A stretch of DNA of 64,000 bases, taken from positions 62,001 to 126,000 of IMG/VR virus record IMGVR_UViG_3300036770_004723; one strand, written 5' to 3'. Positions within the stretch are counted from its first letter, which is position 1; each line of letters opens with the position of its first letter. Below are positions 57,097 to 64,000 of this stretch, one piece after another. The position numbers and the translations under genes are program-made. The notes beneath the pieces were generated by a model. It ran no database searches, was not told the DNA's origin, and saw only the letters and a list, made by a program, of their open reading frames with translations.

Positions 57097-58221
57097 TCAA
57101 AGCTTAATCTTTGTTTCTGTTTCCATTTTAAGTTTTTGAAAATCAGAATTACTAACGATGGATATTGCTTGATTAAAAGTTATCAATCGTTTAGGTGAGT
57201 CATCGTGGTAATCAGTCCATGATTGTAAAAAATTTCTGAGCTTCTTACGGGCAAAGCAAATATTTAATAAAGGACATTCTTCAAAAACGTGCATTAAAGA
57301 TCTATAATCAGATTCGCACTTACATGGCTTTGTCCTAACAACTTCATCAAAGGTTTCGTTTTCAACGTCGTGATTGATTGCTTCCCATTTTTCGTATTCC
57401 TCTTCAAAACGATTTCTACATTTGATACGCCAAGCTTGTGTCCATTTTTCTTTATATTCAACAAAAGCTCTAGGGTTATCTCTTGGTATGTAGATAAGAG
57501 AGAAACCTGTTATTTTCATGCCATATTTTTTAGCGTATTTTTTCTCTAGTGCATATACATAAAAGGGTAATTGATGTAAGTGTTTCTTTTCTGGAAAAAC
57601 AGCATTATTAACTTTTTTCATGCTAGTGGTTTTATAGTCCATTACAATCCACGAACCGTTATCAAGTTTTATAATCGCATCTATGTGGCCATCAATACCA
57701 CGATACTTAATAGCGAACTCAATGTAATCCATCGGTTCACCGCAGCAAGGACATTTGTTATTTGTACTATGTTTGCGCGTAGGTTTACCTTCACGTACCA
57801 TATTACCTAAATGATCGTAAAGATTACGTGCTTTTTTACTTTCCTTGCATACTGGATTAATACATTTCCAGTTTCCCCAAAATTTACCAGTGAAACCTGC
57901 GAAGTATTGTATTTTAGCATGTACCGTAGTTCCTACACTAGTATAGTACTCCATACCGAAATATTTATGTTCTTCATTGTTTCCAAGTTTTTTAAAACGA
58001 TACAATTTCATCCAATTTAAAATAGAGCAGCAAGGAAAACTACTAGGGCGAAATTGAGGTGAGCGGCCACGAGGTAATACTACTTCGGCCTCCATAGCTT
58101 CAGCCACTAACTTACTAACAGGACTCAAACGATTCGGATTCATTTTTTGAAAGTCAAATGAAAAAGGTTCGCTGTTAGAAAATTTTCTGTGTGAAGAAGG
58201 AGCGAGATTAGAAAAACTCAT
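57097..58221 (-). CDS. Cas4-like PD-(D/E)xK exonuclease
   Basis: RPSSFPCC, GTTVH, GHIDA, MDYKT, QLPFY, C-terminal cysteines. Confidence 0.85.
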   Translation of the reverse strand: MSFSNLAPSSHRKFSNSEPFSFDFQKMNPNRLSPVSKLVAEAMEAEVVLPRGRSPQFRPSSFPCCSILNWMKLYRFKKLGNNEEHKYFGMEYYTSVGTTVHAKIQYFAGFTGKFWGNWKCINPVCKESKKARNLYDHLGNMVREGKPTRKHSTNNKCPCCGEPMDYIEFAIKYRGIDGHIDAIIKLDNGSWIVMDYKTTSMKKVNNAVFPEKKHLHQLPFYVYALEKKYAKKYGMKITGFSLIYIPRDNPRAFVEYKEKWTQAWRIKCRNRFEEEYEKWEAINHDVENETFDEVVRTKPCKCESDYRSLMHVFEECPLLNICFARKKLRNFLQSWTDYHDDSPKRLITFNQAISIVSNSDFQKLKMETETKIKL

Positions 58222-58520
58222 AAATTCCCTATCAAAATAAACTTATCTGACAATGTTATTAAATAACTATCGCCAGATTTTAAATAAAGATGTGATATGC
58301 CATCCAAATCTGTTTTTACTACTCTGTGCCCTTGTAAACTGATTTTCTTGGCAAACAATTCAAATTTAGATGGATCAATATTAATATAATAGGAATTTAC
58401 ACTATTGCCATTCATAACAGGTTTAACTCGATCCTGATCAAAAAAAGCGTAAAGCATTTGACGCAATTCATACATTTTAGGTGAATGACAAATGGCTTGA
58501 TGGTTAGTTACTTGAATCAT
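58218..58520 (-). CDS. Hypothetical protein
   Basis: AAGGA SD. Confidence 0.6.
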   Translation of the reverse strand: MIQVTNHQAICHSPKMYELRQMLYAFFDQDRVKPVMNGNSVNSYYINIDPSKFELFAKKISLQGHRVVKTDLDGISHLYLKSGDSYLITLSDKFILIGNL

Positions 58521-58592
58521 GGCTATTTTCCTTCTAACAGGTTAAACTGTAAATACTGTAGTATAAATTATGATTAAACCTGAGTATGTAAC

Positions 58593-59663
58593 GTGACAAA
58601 CCAAAAGAAGAAAAGTTTGAACATATCGGATATGCAATCTATAATAGTGTCAGAACTTGAACATGTAGATGGAGATAAAAAAAGTACACAAGATCGTATA
58701 ATGGTATGTTGCCCATTTCACAGTGATAATACGCCTAGCTGCGGTGTTGTTGTAAGTGAAGGCAGTAGATATCCATTAGGTACATTTAATTGCTTAGGTT
58801 GTGGTGCAAGTGGTGATTGGAATAAATTTGCAAAGCAATTGGGCTTACGTCAGATAAGTGATCTTATCCCAAAAGTAGGTTCGGTTGATACCCACGGTCT
58901 TAATAAGAAATTACGTGAAATGTCAGGTTCTCTGCTAACTGACAAAAATGATGATATGGAAGCTATGTTGGAATCTTTAGGTAATCCGAGTTATATCTCA
59001 TGGCCTAAATATAGTGAATGGCGTGGGTATCCAGGTTGGTTGATCAAAAATTTGAATGGCTTGGCATCTGTTAATAGACGTAATGAATTTAAGTGTATAT
59101 TACCTGTAAAAGTAGGTAAAGAAATTAAAGGTGTTATTGAAGCACTTGAAGAAAAGCAAGAAGGTAAATTAAGTTACTTAAGTAGTCCAGGAGATTGGGT
59201 AAAAGAGAGCGGTTTGTTTCCTTTTAATTTTGTCAAGAAAATGCTTTCGAAATTAAAATTCAAATATGTGATTTTAGTTGAAGGTCCTCGTGATGCACTA
59301 CGTTTAATAATGGAAGGTATACCGGCTTTGGCTGTTTTAGGCTCACAGAATATAAGTGGTAAAAAATTAAAGTTGCTTGAAAGATTAGATATTGATTTAG
59401 TTTGCTGGCTTCCAGATAATGACAACGCAGGAAGAGAGATGGGTAAGAAACTAACTTGGTTTTTTACTGAAAGCAATATGAAGTTCGAAATAGAGCAACA
59501 TAGAGGATTTAAATTACCTAGAGATAAAGATAAGAAAGGGGATTTAATAAAGTTGGATCCAGATTCAATGAGTAAAAAATTAATGAAGGCATTGAAGTCT
59601 GAATTAAAGGAATATGGGGCAAGGTTTATAAAAGAAGAAAACTTAAAAGAAATAGTACAATGA
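58593..59663 (+). CDS. DNA primase (CHC2 zinc finger plus TOPRIM)
   Basis: CCPFHSDNTPS...FNCLGCG; LVEGPRDAL; PDNDNAG. Confidence 0.92.
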   Translation: MTNQKKKSLNISDMQSIIVSELEHVDGDKKSTQDRIMVCCPFHSDNTPSCGVVVSEGSRYPLGTFNCLGCGASGDWNKFAKQLGLRQISDLIPKVGSVDTHGLNKKLREMSGSLLTDKNDDMEAMLESLGNPSYISWPKYSEWRGYPGWLIKNLNGLASVNRRNEFKCILPVKVGKEIKGVIEALEEKQEGKLSYLSSPGDWVKESGLFPFNFVKKMLSKLKFKYVILVEGPRDALRLIMEGIPALAVLGSQNISGKKLKLLERLDIDLVCWLPDNDNAGREMGKKLTWFFTESNMKFEIEQHRGFKLPRDKDKKGDLIKLDPDSMSKKLMKALKSELKEYGARFIKEENLKEIVQ

Positions 59664-59665
59664 AT

Positions 59666-59693
59666 AAAGGGGAGGCCATTGGCCTCCCCTTTT
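59666..59693. terminator. Bidirectional terminator
   Basis: AAAGGGGAGGCC-ATT-GGCCTCCCCTTTT between convergent genes. Confidence 0.85.
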
Positions 59694-59696
59694 CTT

Positions 59697-60317
59697 TTAC
59701 ATGATCTCAGCTAATAAATTTAATAAGATGTCATTTTTAGTTTTACTTAAAAGTTCATCCTTATCTTCTTCTGTAAGTTCATCCCTTACAGATAAAAATA
59801 AACTTTCTAGTTTATCTGCACTCACTGAATCATCTTTAGCTAACTCCAAAAGTTTTTCTACGTTAGTAGGTTCACCATCTTCATCTTCAACCGATTCACC
59901 TACTTCTTTTTTTGTAAGATCAACAGCTGTTTTAATATCAACTGATGTACCTACGCTGTTGGTAGCAATTTCAGATCCATTAGATGACACAGCTGCCATC
60001 TGACGGGCTAAAATAGGGTCTTTAGCTTTAAGCTGCTCGACTTCTTCATTATCAACAATTAAAAGGATTTGATTGTTGATCAAACGTCTGAAATCAGGAG
60101 TATCCATCAAATTGTTGATTGTAGCGTAAACAGTCAGATCAACTGGAACAGCAGAGTAAGGAACCATAACAGCACTAGCAGCACCGTTAACGTCTTTAAT
60201 ATTAAAAACAATATCCATAGGGTTTTTTGAGTTGTTTACAACGTAAAGACCATTAGCGCGGTCTTTACCATAAGTTGTGTTCCATGCTGATAGTGTAAGT
60301 GTGGTTAGTTTGGCCAT
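59697..60317 (-). CDS. Hypothetical protein
   Basis: GGAG SD. Confidence 0.7.
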   Translation of the reverse strand: MAKLTTLTLSAWNTTYGKDRANGLYVVNNSKNPMDIVFNIKDVNGAASAVMVPYSAVPVDLTVYATINNLMDTPDFRRLINNQILLIVDNEEVEQLKAKDPILARQMAAVSSNGSEIATNSVGTSVDIKTAVDLTKKEVGESVEDEDGEPTNVEKLLELAKDDSVSADKLESLFLSVRDELTEEDKDELLSKTKNDILLNLLAEIM

Positions 60318-60318
60318 T

Positions 60319-60924
60319 CTATTTTCTCCGTTTTGCCTTGCGGCGGTTTTTGTTTTTTGTCATGTTAATAATAGATTCTATAACTTGTTTATGTTTACCA
60401 GGCGTTAAGCCAAGAACATTCACAAGTGGTGTAGAGTCATCTTTTCTATTCTGCTGTTCAATAAAAGCTTTATAAGCTTTTGGGTTAGCGGCGTAATAAA
60501 TCATCCAAGGTTCGAATTTTAATTCTTCTTGGTTAAGTGGAAAACTATTTAACATGTTATCTATTAGACTGTTGGATTGATAAACAAAGTCTAAACTAGG
60601 TTCAAGAGTTTGTTTTATCCAAGAACAGTATAGATAAAGCGTCATGTTTGCTTTTGCAGCTGTAACAGCTTTTTTTCTAGCGTACTCTGCAAACTTTTCG
60701 TTGTATTTCTTGGCTTCAAAATTTTGTTGATTCGGTAATATTTTAAAATTCAATAAAAACAAATCTGTTACAGCACCATCTGCTTTGGACCCTGTGTTGG
60801 GTAATAAGTCAAGGGCTAAGCAAGCCCTTTTAGTTTTGTTGTTATTGAATTGACAAGTTTTTATACAACACTTACCACTAAATTCAAATGTTTTTAGGTT
60901 TGGGCAAACTGAAATCTCTGACAT
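60319..60924 (-). CDS. Hypothetical Cys-containing protein with basic tail
   Basis: CP...CC..C...C; tail KNRRKAKRRK. Confidence 0.7.
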   Translation of the reverse strand: MSEISVCPNLKTFEFSGKCCIKTCQFNNNKTKRACLALDLLPNTGSKADGAVTDLFLLNFKILPNQQNFEAKKYNEKFAEYARKKAVTAAKANMTLYLYCSWIKQTLEPSLDFVYQSNSLIDNMLNSFPLNQEELKFEPWMIYYAANPKAYKAFIEQQNRKDDSTPLVNVLGLTPGKHKQVIESIINMTKNKNRRKAKRRK

Positions 60925-60955
60925 AGGTATATCCGTTAGTGATATTAACTAGTAT

Positions 60956-61513
60956 TTACAGTTTGGCCGTACTCAAAAAGTATTTTATAAATTTTTCCCA
61001 ATTTGTTTCACTAAAGTTTGCGAAGTCTGACATACCAAAATATCTGGTAGCAACATAAAATCCTATAAGTGTTGCATCAAGTTCGTGAGGTGTTTTTGGA
61101 CTAGCTTTTAATTGCAGTCCGTATTTAGTATAAGAAGACTTCAAATCTATTTTTTTATTGATTCTGTTTTTCCATGTAGAAGCCAAGAAAATATAAGGCT
61201 TTTGTTTTCTAAAAATATCTAACATGAATCCTATCATAATACAGATACATTCAATTGTAGTGCCTCTAAGGCCACGACTTTGAAAACGCTCTATGCTTAC
61301 TAAATCTGGCTTATATGTATCTCGCAGTTTTATCATAGCACTTTTAAATCTTTTAATCTGATGGTGCATGTGCCTGCCGTGCAACTGAGTAATGCACCTA
61401 TTAAACATGCCGGTGCCTACTATATTGGTTCTAAGTTTAGTGTTTTCATAAAAATGATCTTGCACACTAAATGCAAAATTTGAAGTACCTGGGTCAAAAG
61501 ACAGTACGCGCAT
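60956..61513 (-). CDS. RuvC-like Holliday junction resolvase
   Basis: MRVLSFDPGTSNFA, PDLVSIER, STWK, HELDA; start at ATG 61513. Confidence 0.85.
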   Translation of the reverse strand: MRVLSFDPGTSNFAFSVQDHFYENTKLRTNIVGTGMFNRCITQLHGRHMHHQIKRFKSAMIKLRDTYKPDLVSIERFQSRGLRGTTIECICIMIGFMLDIFRKQKPYIFLASTWKNRINKKIDLKSSYTKYGLQLKASPKTPHELDATLIGFYVATRYFGMSDFANFSETNWEKFIKYFLSTAKL

Positions 61514-61595
61514 AAACTTATTCCTTAAGTCAAGTGTATCTAAATTAATATCCGATAATTTATATCCGAATATCCTGAAAAGAAGGTACAATGTA

Positions 61596-62750
61596 ATGAG
61601 TTGGTTAGATACCGCTAAAAAACGTGGTAGACGTAATGCCAAGAATTTCACGTATGAACGTGCGCAAAAACGTCTTAACGAAGCACTGCCTATATTCCAA
61701 CAGCAAATTGAAAATGCGTTACAGGTAGATAAAGTACATGCAGTTATTGCAAAACGTTTAAGAACAGGACGTTATTGTACATGCTGTAAAAGACTAGAAT
61801 CAATTAATAACATAGATACAACTTTGATCGACCTAGATCCAGAAAACGAACAAACAGTTTCAACGTCTGTTAGTGTCACACCTGACGCACCAAGAAAAAC
61901 AATCAACGTTGATCTAGGGCCAAGTTCTTTGTTTGGTTCAGATCTAACTCAAAGAGATAATACTGAACCTCTTAAATCTAATAGAGTTGAATTAGGGGAT
62001 TTCGAAACAGAAGAAAGAAATAAGGTAAAGGAAACAGCAACCACAATACCTCTAGATTTTGAGGACTTGGTAACAGAAGGTACTGGAGTAGATTGTGGAA
62101 TTTGTTTTCGTGAAGGACGTGAACCACCTTTTGAATTCACTAACTACCGCCAAAGTTTAATGACAAGTTTGGATATAGGTGAATGTTATGGATATTATTT
62201 AGATGATGGCGCACCTTGCAATATAGTACAGCAAGACAAAGAAGGCTACGTGTGTTTTGATATTCTTGTACCAAAGTATTTTATCAGCGTAGAATACAGT
62301 ATAAGAAATAACACTTCGGTACTACCTTCTTCTGCACGTTTTTATCTTGATAACACTAACGAGTTGCTTACAAAACAACATTTGGAAAATAGTAGAGGTA
62401 AAGCTATTCGTATATGTGTCCGTAACGTAGCTACGTTCACTCATTGTATAGTCATGTTTAAGCTAAGTAACGATAGTATTCAGGCCAATATCAGTCAAGA
62501 AAACGAAATGATCAACTACGAAAACGAAGTTACTATAGGTGACATTACTGTAGTTCTTCCGGCTAGAGTAGGTCTATTTCGGTCAGAAGATTTTATCATT
62601 ATACCAGAACGTAATTTGGTACTAAAGGTAAATGACAACCCACGTAAAAGCACCGCTGATAGGCAAGTATGGGAATGGATGGCAACAACACGCGCTGTTC
62701 AAAGATCAGAAGCAACCAACAGCATTTTTAAACACTATAAACTATATTGA
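61596..62750 (+). CDS. Probable virion neck/head-closure protein
   Basis: YCTC...CGICF..G pattern seen in myovirus neck proteins (inference). Confidence 0.5.
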   Translation: MSWLDTAKKRGRRNAKNFTYERAQKRLNEALPIFQQQIENALQVDKVHAVIAKRLRTGRYCTCCKRLESINNIDTTLIDLDPENEQTVSTSVSVTPDAPRKTINVDLGPSSLFGSDLTQRDNTEPLKSNRVELGDFETEERNKVKETATTIPLDFEDLVTEGTGVDCGICFREGREPPFEFTNYRQSLMTSLDIGECYGYYLDDGAPCNIVQQDKEGYVCFDILVPKYFISVEYSIRNNTSVLPSSARFYLDNTNELLTKQHLENSRGKAIRICVRNVATFTHCIVMFKLSNDSIQANISQENEMINYENEVTIGDITVVLPARVGLFRSEDFIIIPERNLVLKVNDNPRKSTADRQVWEWMATTRAVQRSEATNSIFKHYKLY

Positions 62751-62757
62751 GGTAATT

Positions 62758-62979
62758 ATGAAAGTACTAGTATCTTTAAGTAAAGGTAAGAAAGGCGGCG
62801 GTAAAAAGAAAACAGGTCGAAGTCTGATGTTAAGTACGGTAATGCCACACTTAAGCGGCGAGAATGGAGATCAGCTTGTTGCTGCCGTTGAAAAACTAGA
62901 AGGTGATAAAGTTGAGGCCATAATGGTACGAATTGGCAAGAAGTTACGTGAAGAACTTGAGTTAAAGCGTAAGAAGTAA
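62758..62979 (+). CDS. Small basic protein
   Basis: GAGGT SD before MKVLVSLSKGKKGG. Confidence 0.7.
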   Translation: MKVLVSLSKGKKGGGKKKTGRSLMLSTVMPHLSGENGDQLVAAVEKLEGDKVEAIMVRIGKKLREELELKRKK

Positions 62980-62995
62980 TTTTAAATTCAAGTGT

Positions 62996-63023
62996 AAAAG
63001 GTGGCAAATTTGCCACCTTTTTT
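62996..63023 (+). terminator. Intrinsic terminator
   Basis: AAAAGGTGGCAAATTTGCCACCTTTTTT. Confidence 0.85.
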
Positions 63024-63614
63024 ACGTCTAAATTTTGCCAATTTCAGCCTAAAATAAAAAACTTTTTAGCTTAAAAGCTCTTGACTGTGTTCCTATTATA
63101 GGTCAAAAAAGTCATTTTGAGCATTGAAGCGTGCAAAATGACTGGTTAAAAAATGAACAGCAATCGGCACATTAGTTTGACATAGCACAGAGCTGTCTCG
63201 TTGTATCAAAACGAAGTCCCGTTTTGTACCTTAAAAAGGGTCATAAATAATGGGTACTGTAAATCACTCACTATAGGACCTAATGTATCAATGGCTAAAT
63301 GTCTCCGACTATAAAAACCGTAGGTTTTAGGATGGACGTAACGAAGTGAAGTCCAGCCTGAATCAATGATTCTTACTTTTAAAAATTTCTCCAGACCCCG
63401 GCAGACAACAGACAAATAGTAAAAATTAAGGATCATTTATAATAAATTTAAACGGATACGGGTCTTAGTAAATTTATTTAATGCCATAGATCTGCCTGCG
63501 TTTTCTCTTGCAGGATCTTTTGATAGAAGTCTTTTCTCTGCGCTAGATAGCTCTAAAGAGCAAACAAGCAAAACCGATGATCTGTATAAAGATCTTTAGT
63601 AAAATAGATTTTAC

Positions 63615-63897
63615 TAGTTGTTTGCCGGGTGTTGGGGTTCCGGGGAAATATTCTATAATGTATTAAAGCTATTCGCTTCGCTCATAGCTACTAATGTGTT
63701 GCAAGCTAACGCTTGCACTTTTTCTTTTCTTTTCTTTTCTTTTCTTTTCTTTTCTTTTCTTTTCTTTTCTTTTCTTTTCTTTTGATCTTTAGTTGTTTGC
63801 CGGGTGTTGGGTCCTGGAGTAATTGTTTATTAATGTGTTTTAGGTTGTTTCGCTTCGCTACACAACCAAAACGGATTGCAAGCGTTAGCTTGCATCC
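63615..63897. repeat. Two ~105-bp imperfect direct repeats with conserved hairpins flanking the microsatellite (origin-like)
   Basis: TAGTTGTTTGCCGGGTGTTGGG x2, TTCGCTTCGCT loops x2, TGCAAGC-N4-GCTTGCA x2. Confidence 0.75.
63718..63783. repeat. (CTTTT) x ~13 microsatellite
   Basis: Directly visible. Confidence 0.95.
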
Positions 63898-64000
63898 TTT
63901 ATTATCTAATAGATCCCTTTACAAATATTTGGGTTAATAGATCTTGATCAGATCCGGGGGCTGTGGCTCGACCCGCGCCCACAAAACCCGCGCCCGCGAC

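Noticed and set aside
57097-58221. CRISPR-Cas locus
   Set aside because: Solo Cas4-like nuclease, common in phages; no repeat-spacer array or other cas genes.
63206-63436. 76-aa ORF
   Set aside because: No SD or recognisable motif, in a largely non-coding region; unsupported.
63713-63937. 74-aa Phe-rich ORF
   Set aside because: Translation artefact of the CTTTT microsatellite.
1-64000. Alternative genetic code
   Set aside because: Conserved genes are full length and tightly packed under the standard code, and all three stop codons are used.

Overview
AT-rich segment (roughly one-third GC by eye) of a large lytic dsDNA tailed phage, probably a jumbo myovirus of a Gammaproteobacterium (host is an inference from sigma70 promoters and an ileX-like tRNA). 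Almost all genes are on the minus strand. Core genes: portal, terminase large subunit, DnaB helicase, GyrA- and GyrB-type topoisomerase subunits, 5'-3' exonuclease, RecA, gp32-like SSB, primase, Cas4-like nuclease, RuvC-like resolvase and two sigma-like factors. Accessory genes include UvsE, NADAR, Tmk and a NUDIX hydrolase, plus two tRNAs. Main observations: (1) gyrB is broken into two genes carrying the halves of a naturally split intein, separated by an antisense endonuclease gene, so TOPRIM must be rebuilt by protein trans-splicing; four further cis-inteins sit in TerL, GyrA (2) and GyrB. (2) A 1.6-kb region without a credible ORF is tiled by about nine self-closed RNA structures plus the tRNAs. 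(3) A K[ST]xRVEL[GS]x[ILF] peptide recurs in four unrelated proteins. (4) An H1-like basic protein is clustered with hyper-acidic proteins carrying small helical repeats. (5) Three candidate promoter classes are visible. (6) An origin-like repeat and hairpin region lies at the right end. All calls are from manual motif reading; no database searches were run.
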